The notes below the pieces were generated by a model. It was not told the DNA's origin, made no database searches, and saw only the letters and a list, made by a program, of their open reading frames with translations. Below, piece by piece: positions 1 through 7,446 of a stretch of 41,975 nt of DNA. The DNA comes from Candidatus Enterousia sp. (GTDB lineage Bacteria; Pseudomonadota; Alphaproteobacteria; Rs-D84). The stretch is from the NCBI GenBank assembly GCA_045648865.1, contig JAZROU010000011.1, positions 1 to 41,975 of the forward strand. The letters are read 5' to 3'. The position numbers and the translations under genes were made by a program. Numbering within the stretch: position 1 is the stretch's first letter; each line of letters opens with the position of its first letter.

Positions 1-58
1 CTGCCCTGGCCCCCAGCCCAACAGCCGATAATATCACTGCACACAAAATTTTTTTCAT
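1..58 (-). CDS. 5' end of a CDS running off the left edge; N-terminus MKKILCAVILSAVGLGARA resembles a signal peptide
   Basis: ATG at 58..56 on minus strand, frame open to position 1; preceded by a promoter-like element 7 nt upstream. Confidence 0.4.
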   Translation of the reverse strand, partial: MKKILCAVILSAVGLGARA

Positions 59-65
59 GAAACGC

Positions 66-94
66 ATAATATCATAAAACCAATCATCATTCAA
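66..94 (-). promoter_or_regulatory. sigma70-like promoter TTGAAT-17-TGaTATTAT, 7 nt before the ATG at 58
   Basis: minus-strand reading: TTGAAT (94..89), 17-nt spacer, extended -10 TGaTATTAT (-10 hexamer 71..66), then gcgtttc then ATG. Confidence 0.5.
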
Positions 95-156
95 ACCTAT
101 TTTGTTAAAAAACATAATTATTGTAAATATGAATAAAATCGCATTATTTGTTTTTC

Positions 157-184
157 TTGCAATTCAAAAAAATATTGTTATAAT
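157..184 (+). promoter_or_regulatory. promoter of tRNA-Met: TTGCAA-16-TGtTATAAT
   Basis: TTGCAA 157..162, 16-nt spacer, TG at 176..177, TATAAT 179..184; mature tRNA 5' end at 196. Confidence 0.6.
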
Positions 185-195
185 CCGTACCGCTT

Positions 196-270
196 GGCAG
201 CGTAGCTCAGTGGTAGAGCAGAGGAATCATAATCCTTTGGTCGGGGGTCCGAATCCCTCCGCTGCTACCA
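196..270 (+). tRNA. tRNA with CAU anticodon (elongator Met or lysidine-modified Ile2; not initiator)
   Basis: hand-folded cloverleaf: acceptor GGCAGCG/CGCTGCT, D arm GCTC-AGTGGTA-GAGC, anticodon arm GAGGA-ATCATAA-TCCTT, variable TGGTC, T arm GGGGG-TCCGAAT-CCCTC, discriminator A, encoded CCA. Confidence 0.9.
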
Positions 271-278
271 GAATTCAA

Positions 279-305
279 GCCGGGTTTATCCCGGTTTTAA
301 TTTTG
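279..305 (+). terminator. rho-independent terminator after tRNA-Met
   Basis: stem CCGGG / CCCGG with loop tttat, followed by ttttaatttt. Confidence 0.5.
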
Positions 306-360
306 TCGGACAAAGGCCTAAGAATCCGATATTTTTCAATCAATAAAAGGATATAATGTT

Positions 361-510
361 ATGAAAAATCAGAAAAACAAAAAACAAATTAGCGTAACAG
401 CTTTCCTGATGGCTGTGAAAAACTTTGCCACATCTGTGATAAATGATTTCAAAGATGCACAACGTGAATTGGATGCCATTCGTGAAGGAATGAATCAGCG
501 CAGTAAATAA
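361..510 (+). CDS. small hypothetical protein, 49 aa (MKNQKNKKQISVTAFLMAVKNFATSVINDFKDAQRELDAIREGMNQRSK); below the ORF-track length cutoff
   Basis: ATG 361, TAA 508..510, AAAGGA 346..351 upstream, own hairpin terminator right after the stop. Confidence 0.45.
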   Translation: MKNQKNKKQISVTAFLMAVKNFATSVINDFKDAQRELDAIREGMNQRSK

Positions 511-514
511 AAAT

Positions 515-539
515 CCGCCCGTGTGGCGGTTTTAATTTT
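515..539 (+). terminator. rho-independent terminator after the 49-aa ORF
   Basis: CCGCC (515..519) cgtgt GGCGG (525..529) followed by ttttaatttt. Confidence 0.6.
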
Positions 540-615
540 GGTATAGTTGTGGCGGATAAGGCCCCCAGGGGCCCACACACAAACCACACCCAACACATGC
601 GACAATTATATTTCC

Positions 616-644
616 TTGTATTTACGTCTATTGTTATCTATAGT
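616..644 (+). promoter_or_regulatory. candidate promoter TTGTAT-17-TATAGT for the GT8 gene
   Basis: TTGTAT 616..621, 17-nt spacer, TATAGT 639..644; AAGGG Shine-Dalgarno near 663 and ATG at 675. Confidence 0.45.
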
Positions 645-674
645 TACGAATATATTCGTAATAAGGGTTTACCA

Positions 675-1649
675 ATGGCAAAAAATTCTAGAACATCAAT
701 TAATATTGCTTTTTGTTTTGACAACAACATGTGGATGTTGGCGGGGGTTGCAATTGCATCATTACTGTACCAGGGTGTTGGTATAACATCATATAATATA
801 TACTGCGTTGTTCCAAAAAATCTGGGTAATGCTAAGCGTCGCGAACTAACCGACATGGTTGCTTCAATTGATGAAACCAGCCAGATTACATTCCTGGACG
901 CGAACAACGATTTTGATTCTGCCGTGGTCAAGCAATATACAACCGGCATATATTTCAGATTTATGTTGGCTAAACTGTTGCCAAACCTGGACAAGATTAT
1001 TTACTGTGACGCAGACGTCACATTCAGCGATAATTTAACTGAATTATTTGCAACAGATATGGGCGACAACATCATTGCCGGTGTTCGTGATGCAACCCAG
1101 GGCCGCAAATGGCCCAGCAACCCAAACGGATATATAAACAGTGGGGTACTGATGCTGAACCTGGCCCAGATTCGAAAACAGGGTTTATATGAAAAATGGA
1201 TTGAACTGTCCAAAAGTGACGAATTCGCATATCCAGACCAAGACATATTAAACAAAACATGCGATGGGAAAATTTTGTATCTGCCATTGAAATATAACTA
1301 CATGTGTGGCGCAAACGGCCACAGATTAAACGCGGTTATCCCGCACGGCATCTATTCCGCAGACGAAGTCGCAGACGCTCATGCCAATCCGGTTATTATT
1401 CACTATATTTTACGTCAACCATGGTTGGGCCGCGCACATATGCACGGGGACCAGTGGTGGCGTTATGCTGCAATGACACCGTTTTACGCCGCATTTCGCG
1501 CACGTGTCACCCAAATGCCAGATACAGAAACAAGAAAGGTTTTATTGTTTAACTTTATCAATCTATTAACAATCAAGATTCGTCAGCACAACATAAAATG
1601 TTATCTTTTCGGCAAAATACCACTGTTTCGAATTAAAACTGTAAATTAA
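675..1649 (+). CDS. glycosyltransferase family 8 (LPS/surface-glycan alpha-glycosyltransferase, RfaI/RfaJ-like)
   Basis: INIAFCFDNNMWMLAGVAIASLL start, DxD motif in IYCDADV, NSGVLMLNL and YPDQDILN blocks typical of GT8; start trimmed from 549 (GTG) to ATG 675. Confidence 0.85.
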   Translation: MAKNSRTSINIAFCFDNNMWMLAGVAIASLLYQGVGITSYNIYCVVPKNLGNAKRRELTDMVASIDETSQITFLDANNDFDSAVVKQYTTGIYFRFMLAKLLPNLDKIIYCDADVTFSDNLTELFATDMGDNIIAGVRDATQGRKWPSNPNGYINSGVLMLNLAQIRKQGLYEKWIELSKSDEFAYPDQDILNKTCDGKILYLPLKYNYMCGANGHRLNAVIPHGIYSADEVADAHANPVIIHYILRQPWLGRAHMHGDQWWRYAAMTPFYAAFRARVTQMPDTETRKVLLFNFINLLTIKIRQHNIKCYLFGKIPLFRIKTVN

Positions 1650-1654
1650 GTATA

Positions 1655-1686
1655 AACCGCCCAGAACGGGCGGTTAACTTTTTTTC
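1655..1686 (+). terminator. rho-independent terminator after GT8
   Basis: AACCGCCC agaac GGGCGGTT followed by aacttttttt. Confidence 0.7.
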
Positions 1687-1758
1687 ACAACAACGGCATA
1701 CAACACGAAAAATCGCATCATACAAATGATTTTTTTTAATGACATTACCAAGAACTTG

Positions 1759-1786
1759 TTGAAAAAAAACACTTTTTTGATATAAT
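1759..1786 (+). promoter_or_regulatory. near-consensus promoter TTGAAA-16-TGaTATAAT
   Basis: TTGAAA 1759..1764, 16-nt spacer, TG 1778..1779, TATAAT 1781..1786; AAGGG SD and ATG 1813 downstream. Confidence 0.65.
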
Positions 1787-1812
1787 TTTATAAAAAGATA
1801 AGGGTAGAAAAA

Positions 1813-2454
1813 ATGCCTAGAATACAAAAAGATAAATATGATATTTTGGCCGAAGTTGCCTTGGCACTTCGGGTACAAAATCAAAAGATAATAATTGAAA
1901 CACTAGACGCCAAAGATATCGGGTTTGCAATGGTGTATGATAATATACCACAAATTCCAACAAGACGCACAAAAAATGAATTTAATGGCATTGCTTCATT
2001 AAGCAGAATTCACGCTAAATCAATAAAAATTGGGAATAATATTTCTATTAAACGTATCCATCGCAAGCCCTCTATTATAAAAACAAAAATTCAAGAATAC
2101 GAAGTTGATAATGGATGGTATTATCTTGTTCGCACACCAAATGGCGAAGCACAATTTGATAGAACCGATGAAGATTTTTTAAATGTATGGAACTATGCAT
2201 TAGCAATGCATGACAACACGGACGATTATACAAAATTTGCAAAATCCCTGCAAAATAAAAAGGTAAAAAAAGCAGCGTGGGGCCCAATGATAATGCAAGA
2301 TACAAATACCAACAAATACAAAGACGCAATAAAAAAATTAAAATCATTGGGTATTGAACCAATAAATGCTGTTACAATATTTAAAAACAACAGAAAAAAA
2401 CATATAAAAACATCCCTGTTGGGATGTTTTTTATTTCCCATTATGGGCGGTTGA
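1813..2454 (+). CDS. hypothetical protein, 213 aa, Lys-rich, no signal peptide, no family recognised
   Basis: long ORF with SD (ataagggtag) and strong promoter; 3' end reads through its own terminator hairpin. Confidence 0.6.
   Translation: MPRIQKDKYDILAEVALALRVQNQKIIIETLDAKDIGFAMVYDNIPQIPTRRTKNEFNGIASLSRIHAKSIKIGNNISIKRIHRKPSIIKTKIQEYEVDNGWYYLVRTPNGEAQFDRTDEDFLNVWNYALAMHDNTDDYTKFAKSLQNKKVKKAAWGPMIMQDTNTNKYKDAIKKLKSLGIEPINAVTIFKNNRKKHIKTSLLGCFLFPIMGG
2410..2436 (+). terminator. rho-independent terminator overlapping the last codons of the 213-aa ORF
   Basis: ACATCCC tgtt GGGATGT followed by tttttatttc. Confidence 0.55.
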
Positions 2455-2507
2455 CTTTTTTTTATATATTCACAATAATAATAGAAAACAATAAGGAAGG
2501 TTATATT

Positions 2508-3005
2508 ATGCAAAAGTTTTTATTTGCTTTATTGGCCATGGTGCCAACATCTGTACTGGCCAATCCGGCATGTCCTGTATGCACAATTGCGGTTGGTGCG
2601 GGGCTGGACATTGCGCGTCGCCTGGGGGTTCCTGACAGTATTGTTGGTCTGTGGGCTGGGGCACTGTTAACGCTATTGGGTTATTGGATGTTAAAATGGA
2701 TGGATAAAAAGAACTGGCATTTTCGTGGTCGTGATACGCTGGTCATTTTATTATCTGTTTCAATGATTGGTTTTGTATACCTGGGGACTGTCAAATATAA
2801 TCCTGTATCAATCTGTGGTGGGTTTGTGATGGATCCTGTACTGTTTGGTACAATTTGCGGTGCACTTATATTTATTGGCACCGGCAAATTATACCAGTGG
2901 ATGAAGCAAAGAAATGGTGGACACGCACATTTTCCATTTGAAAAAGTTGTATTACCAATTGCAGCACTGTCTTTGGCCAGTGCCGCAATGATGCTGTGTT
3001 TCTAA
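2508..3005 (+). CDS. hypothetical polytopic membrane protein, 165 aa, with N-terminal NPACPVCT (CxxC) motif
   Basis: AAGGAAGG SD 8 nt before ATG 2508; signal-like N-terminus MQKFLFALLAMVPTSVLA and several hydrophobic segments; start trimmed from 2424. Confidence 0.7.
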   Translation: MQKFLFALLAMVPTSVLANPACPVCTIAVGAGLDIARRLGVPDSIVGLWAGALLTLLGYWMLKWMDKKNWHFRGRDTLVILLSVSMIGFVYLGTVKYNPVSICGGFVMDPVLFGTICGALIFIGTGKLYQWMKQRNGGHAHFPFEKVVLPIAALSLASAAMMLCF

Positions 3006-3027
3006 GTAATGACAAAGGAAAAAAGAA

Positions 3028-3585
3028 ATGAAAAAAATAGAATCTGTTCAAGAATTTGTTGAAAAATTAGACGCTGCAAAAAAGATTAATCCCAAAGATT
3101 TATCATCAGACCAAGATTTAACGATTGGCATTATGAACCTGATATCAATCGAAGAACACCTGATGTTTTCTGGTGCCAAGACCGGTAAAACAGAATTCTA
3201 TGATTTAATTAATGATGTTCGTGAAATGCGCAAAAACGCCATGTTAAAAATCATACCTGCCTATGAAGGCGAAGTATGGTGCATATCCAAACATTTGCTG
3301 GCGGCATCCATGCGCGTATTCGAAGTTGGCACCAAGGCCTTGGCTGCTGGCGACCGCGAAACGGCCTATTCTTTGTTTGACCAATCATATGAATTATATT
3401 GCATGTTCTGGGGGTTAAACATGGGCATGCTGACTGGCGAAAAGAAAGATGCAAAAAATATAAAAAAAGCACCCCAGTCAAAGCCTGCACAAACCAGCGC
3501 CCCAATCGCAAAATCAGATGCCAAAGGCGGCATGGGCAAATTAAAAAGCTGGGTAAAGAACGCTGTTAATTGTTGTATTGAATAA
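3028..3585 (+). CDS. hypothetical soluble protein, 185 aa, low-complexity Lys/Ala/Pro tail ending ...KLKSWVKNAVNCCIE
   Basis: AAAGGAAAAAAG SD before ATG 3028; 22-nt gap to the upstream membrane-protein gene; terminator downstream. Confidence 0.7.
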   Translation: MKKIESVQEFVEKLDAAKKINPKDLSSDQDLTIGIMNLISIEEHLMFSGAKTGKTEFYDLINDVREMRKNAMLKIIPAYEGEVWCISKHLLAASMRVFEVGTKALAAGDRETAYSLFDQSYELYCMFWGLNMGMLTGEKKDAKNIKKAPQSKPAQTSAPIAKSDAKGGMGKLKSWVKNAVNCCIE

Positions 3586-3611
3586 AAACACAACATGCAC
3601 TATCCTGAAAC

Positions 3612-3640
3612 ATACCCGCCCATGCGGGTATTTATTATTT
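3612..3640 (+). terminator. rho-independent terminator
   Basis: ATACCCGC ccat GCGGGTAT followed by ttattattt. Confidence 0.7.
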
Positions 3641-3683
3641 CACCATACAAAAACACTGCAGATACAATAAATAAAATTCTTAT

Positions 3684-4661
3684 TTAAAATTCAAATCGCA
3701 ATCCCAACATCGCATTGATATACAGCAAATCTTCTGCATTGAACCATTCGCGATATTTAGAATCTTCTTTGTTATACAATTCCCATTTAACTCGTGGCAA
3801 ATACATCGCCCGCACACCAAAATCCATAAATATATTTTCACTGATACCATACGAAAAACCAACAGCCAACAAACCTGCAACATTTGACGTATTACATTCT
3901 GATTTGTTAAATTGAACAACACCATATTCATCAACAGTTCCATATTTTTGTAATTCAACCTGGGCAGACAAATCCCCATATGGATCCGACAGATTTAACA
4001 CTGTTTTTGTATCTGCATACCCAATACCAAACCCAACATATGGGATTGCCTGTTGCATTGGTTTTTGCAATCCATCAAAGAAGTCATAGAACGCCATTGC
4101 GCTGACAACATCTGTCGATATCTTAGAATTAACAGTTGAACTTTGCACATCTATGACAACACCATTAACATCCCCACCAACCAGTTCTAATTCACCTGAA
4201 AACATTGGCGAAGAATTATATTCACTTTCTGAAATATGATCCCATCCTGCCTCGATACGCCACTGTGGTCTGTTTGGGATTGTCCATCCGACACTGGCCC
4301 CTGCTGCAAAAGAAAAACTTTCTAAATCCTTGCTGGCTGGCAATTTGTTCAAATCACCGTATCCCGCATACAGATAATCTGAACACCCCCCCTTATCAAT
4401 ACAGGACAAATAATATGTCGCTGTCACAACGGTGCCACCATCTGGGCTGATATAGTATTCGTTTGCAATTGCCCCGACCTGGTTTTTAATTTTACCCATA
4501 CCAAACGCACCACCACCACGTGCCGACATTACAAATCGCGACCCATCATCGTTCCACCAACCATCCCCGACATATGTACCTGGATATTGCCAATCCGCCA
4601 TCACAGGCCCAGCAATCATTGCGAACAAAACCGATAAAAAACAAATTTTTCTTTTTCTCAT
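3684..4661 (-). CDS. outer-membrane beta-barrel protein (Omp25/Omp31/WSP-like porin-family protein)
   Basis: signal peptide MRKRKICFLSVLFAMIAGPVMA, alternating aromatic/Gly beta-strand pattern, C-terminal ...AMLGLRFEF with terminal Phe; start trimmed from GTG 4688 to ATG 4661. Confidence 0.8.
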   Translation of the reverse strand: MRKRKICFLSVLFAMIAGPVMADWQYPGTYVGDGWWNDDGSRFVMSARGGGAFGMGKIKNQVGAIANEYYISPDGGTVVTATYYLSCIDKGGCSDYLYAGYGDLNKLPASKDLESFSFAAGASVGWTIPNRPQWRIEAGWDHISESEYNSSPMFSGELELVGGDVNGVVIDVQSSTVNSKISTDVVSAMAFYDFFDGLQKPMQQAIPYVGFGIGYADTKTVLNLSDPYGDLSAQVELQKYGTVDEYGVVQFNKSECNTSNVAGLLAVGFSYGISENIFMDFGVRAMYLPRVKWELYNKEDSKYREWFNAEDLLYINAMLGLRFEF

Positions 4662-4731
4662 ACATACTATTATATCACAAAAGCCCACCCGATAAAATCA
4701 AAATCTGTTTCCAGCAACCGAACAAAGCAAC

Positions 4732-5745
4732 CTATTTTTCGAATTGAGATTTTTCAGGAAATCTTTCCCCCAGAAACATTGCATTACCACACAGCACCGC
4801 ATCTGACGAATCCGCAGAATCATTAATACAAAACACAGGCGCATTCATCAGTGCATTACGTGCCGCCTGTGCATCTGTACAAACCACAGGCGAATTTTTT
4901 ATCCACGGTGCAAACACAGTATTATAAATAAAATTGCTTAATTTATGTTGTGAATGCTTGCACGCACGCGAATGGACGAAAATGGCACGTCCATTTATAA
5001 AATCGTACAAATTGAACAACCATCTTTGCAGTTCATCATTTGTTCTGAATTTGTTTCTGATTTGATTATCTATTGCAGACGTTATCATTGGGTGATTTCT
5101 GCATTCAACCCACGAAGATTTTATATACGGGTCGATACTGTGTGCCGGCCTGTATTTATACAAAGACCTGTTAAAAATTCTGTTAATATAATGTGCGGCC
5201 AAAATCAATGTCTGCGTGTATTCATCGACGCTTTCCATCCACTGTCCGATATTTTTATTATGTTTTTTGTGCGTACTGAATAACACACGTGCCCTGCCCC
5301 GCCTGTCATAAAAGAAATCTGGTTTCAACGGCCGGTTAAAGAACATATCATCATTTACCAACAAGAAATATTCAGACAATCCTGGTATATTTGGAATACA
5401 CATTTCAATTGCGACGGAATTAAATGTTGGCAAACTGTCTGCTGGCATAATTTGTTCATGTGGAACGATTGTTATTTTTGGGTTATCTGTATTCATCCAA
5501 TCTGGCACCTGTCCAAATCCGGTCACAACATATATATGATTTACCCACGGTGCGAACTTATCCAAACTGCGCAAAGAATATAACAATTCACCATTATCCC
5601 GCCACCGTGCATTTGTTTTTGCATCCACGCTGACTGATTTTTTTGCCCCAGTTATCCCCAGCCATTTATTTTTTTCTGCCTGCCAGATTTCATCTTTGTT
5701 ATCAACCCACAGGTAAACAACATCTATTTTCAAATCTGGCGCCAT
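4732..5745 (-). CDS. Stealth-family (CR1-CR4) sugar-1-phosphate transferase for capsule/phosphoglycan synthesis
   Basis: CR1 IDVVYLWVDNKDEIW; CR2 NGELLYSLRSLDKFAPWVNHIYVVTGFGQVPDWM; LPTFNSVAIE and LSEYFLLVNDDMFF blocks. Confidence 0.9.
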   Translation of the reverse strand: MAPDLKIDVVYLWVDNKDEIWQAEKNKWLGITGAKKSVSVDAKTNARWRDNGELLYSLRSLDKFAPWVNHIYVVTGFGQVPDWMNTDNPKITIVPHEQIMPADSLPTFNSVAIEMCIPNIPGLSEYFLLVNDDMFFNRPLKPDFFYDRRGRARVLFSTHKKHNKNIGQWMESVDEYTQTLILAAHYINRIFNRSLYKYRPAHSIDPYIKSSWVECRNHPMITSAIDNQIRNKFRTNDELQRWLFNLYDFINGRAIFVHSRACKHSQHKLSNFIYNTVFAPWIKNSPVVCTDAQAARNALMNAPVFCINDSADSSDAVLCGNAMFLGERFPEKSQFEK

Positions 5746-5750
5746 ATTAT

Positions 5751-6581
5751 TTACACTTTCAGTCTTCGGAATCGTTCTGGGATTTTAACAACACATTTTA
5801 TCCCCAGCATTCCTGGTTTATCCCACGCATATATTGGTCTGAATATACGTTGCATTACCCGCGCAATTCCTATCCAGCCTTCACCCCGAACCGGTCTTTT
5901 TGTAACATCATTAATTGTTCCATTTCCCCGACGTTTCAGATGATTGACCCAATCCGGTCCCCGCAATGCAGCCTTGTTCACCAACATATTCATATCAACT
6001 GCGCCAAAATGCAACAGGTATAAATACCTATCTATATGGAAATTATGTCCATTTACACTGTGAAATCCGCTGCCCCACCGCACAGGCCGATTAATAACCA
6101 CCGGCTTTGTATATCGCGTTGACAGCAATGCAAACGAACGCTGGTCCAGAAACGGTCTGTTCAAATCCAGTTGTTTTTCCACATTTAAATTTTGCCCAAC
6201 ATCCATTCCCAATCCAGACACAGTCGTCTTGATATTTTTATTCGATAAATATTGTGCCAGGTTCATTTTCACATCTGGGTCTACGACCAAGAATTCATCT
6301 GCATCGCACCCAACAACGATATCATATTTTTTCAGTAATTCCGCCGCCAAATTTGACAGTTTTCCAATTCTATATTTATCGCCTGCGGCCCGTGACATAT
6401 CAACATGTTCCAACCTGGTAACATTTGCATTTTCTGCATTTTCCGGGATATCTTGGTCCATACCGTCCAACAATATATATAAATTTTCTTTTCCAAATTG
6501 CCCGCCATAGTATTCAATCCACCTGGACAAAAAGAAATTATCATTTCGTGCCATTGTAATCGCAGCAATTTTTTTCATCAT
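5751..6581 (-). CDS. glycosyltransferase, GT2-like fold (Glyco_tranf_2_4/GT92-like)
   Basis: AAITMARNDNFFLSRWIEYY...LYILLDGMDQD and VVGCDADEFLVVDP (DxDE) motifs; 5 nt from Stealth start, 1 nt from upstream gene stop. Confidence 0.7.
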   Translation of the reverse strand: MMKKIAAITMARNDNFFLSRWIEYYGGQFGKENLYILLDGMDQDIPENAENANVTRLEHVDMSRAAGDKYRIGKLSNLAAELLKKYDIVVGCDADEFLVVDPDVKMNLAQYLSNKNIKTTVSGLGMDVGQNLNVEKQLDLNRPFLDQRSFALLSTRYTKPVVINRPVRWGSGFHSVNGHNFHIDRYLYLLHFGAVDMNMLVNKAALRGPDWVNHLKRRGNGTINDVTKRPVRGEGWIGIARVMQRIFRPIYAWDKPGMLGIKCVVKIPERFRRLKV

Positions 6582-6582
6582 A

Positions 6583-7446
6583 TTAAATTCCTTCTATAAA
6601 CAGTTTATACAACACGTGCCTCAGGTTTCGTATTATCACCCCAAATGGTCCAACCCCCATTAACCAGTCTGTATATTTATCCCCATACACCCGTCGCACA
6701 GATGTCATAATTGCGCCCCTTGCACCTGCATCAACGTTTTCCATTACCCATCGCAATTGACGCCCCAGCGCACCATGATTACGTGTAAATGCGACACGTT
6801 TAACAAACGGCATTTTTTCACGATATAACTTTTTCACTTTATTATACACACCGCGCCCAGGCACAGAATACAAACACCCCCAGCATAATTTATGCCGTTC
6901 AATCAGTTGTGTCAGTCCCTGTTCATATTTTCGTGTGACCTCGCCCTTGGATTTTTGTTTTTTCACGCCTTTCATAAAAGAATCAAACCATTTTGATTCG
7001 AACGCCGTCTTTTTCATTCCCACGAACCAAGACTGAATATGTGGATGTTCACGATGTGGATTTTTGACAATTCCAAATGCGTCACACCCACCCGATTCCA
7101 TATTTTCCAGATACGGTCCTAAATCATACAGTGGCCCATACACAGAATCATTAACCAGATATACGAAATCATATTCTGCCATTTTCAGATTATCCTGCGC
7201 CCACAGATATGCACGTTTATACGAACCGAAATCATATTCACCGTGTCGTTTTGCCCCTGCATACAGGCAATATTTATCAATCTTTGCCAACTGTGACGCG
7301 TCACAATCACAATCCATAAACAACACAACATCGCCAAACCTGCCCAATGCCCGAACATAAAATATCAACGCATCATCAATCACAGCTGACTTATCATACC
7401 CTGCGAACAGAAACAAACGTTTTTTCATGGAATCAAAACCTTTCAT
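6583..7446 (-). CDS. RgpF-like (rhamnan synthesis protein F family) polysaccharide biosynthesis protein; start uncertain (7446, 7428 or 7539)
   Basis: LFLFAGYDKSAVIDDALIFYV, GEYDFGSYK, YLVNDSVYGP, HIQSWFVGMKK blocks recalled from the RgpF family; family call is tentative. Confidence 0.6.
   Translation of the reverse strand: MKGFDSMKKRLFLFAGYDKSAVIDDALIFYVRALGRFGDVVLFMDCDCDASQLAKIDKYCLYAGAKRHGEYDFGSYKRAYLWAQDNLKMAEYDFVYLVNDSVYGPLYDLGPYLENMESGGCDAFGIVKNPHREHPHIQSWFVGMKKTAFESKWFDSFMKGVKKQKSKGEVTRKYEQGLTQLIERHKLCWGCLYSVPGRGVYNKVKKLYREKMPFVKRVAFTRNHGALGRQLRWVMENVDAGARGAIMTSVRRVYGDKYTDWLMGVGPFGVIIRNLRHVLYKLFIEGI

Noticed and set aside
3-16. 14-nt exact match gccctggcccccag with 13594..13607 (inside virB4)
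   Set aside because: A rough N squared over 4^14 estimate for a 42-kb window gives on the order of one to ten chance 14-mer matches. The two copies are in unrelated coding contexts.
102-356. 84-aa ORF
   Set aside because: It reads straight through the tRNA-Met gene and its terminator.
549-674. N-terminal extensions in the ORF track (549, 2424, 4688, 8360, 10364, 17197, 18078, 22990, 24164, 27214, 32937, 39582, 40822)
   Set aside because: The extensions start at GTT-type alternative codons or run into the upstream gene. They encode Arg/Cys-rich junk and lack an SD. Internal ATGs with an SD, a signal peptide or a family-typical N-terminus were preferred.
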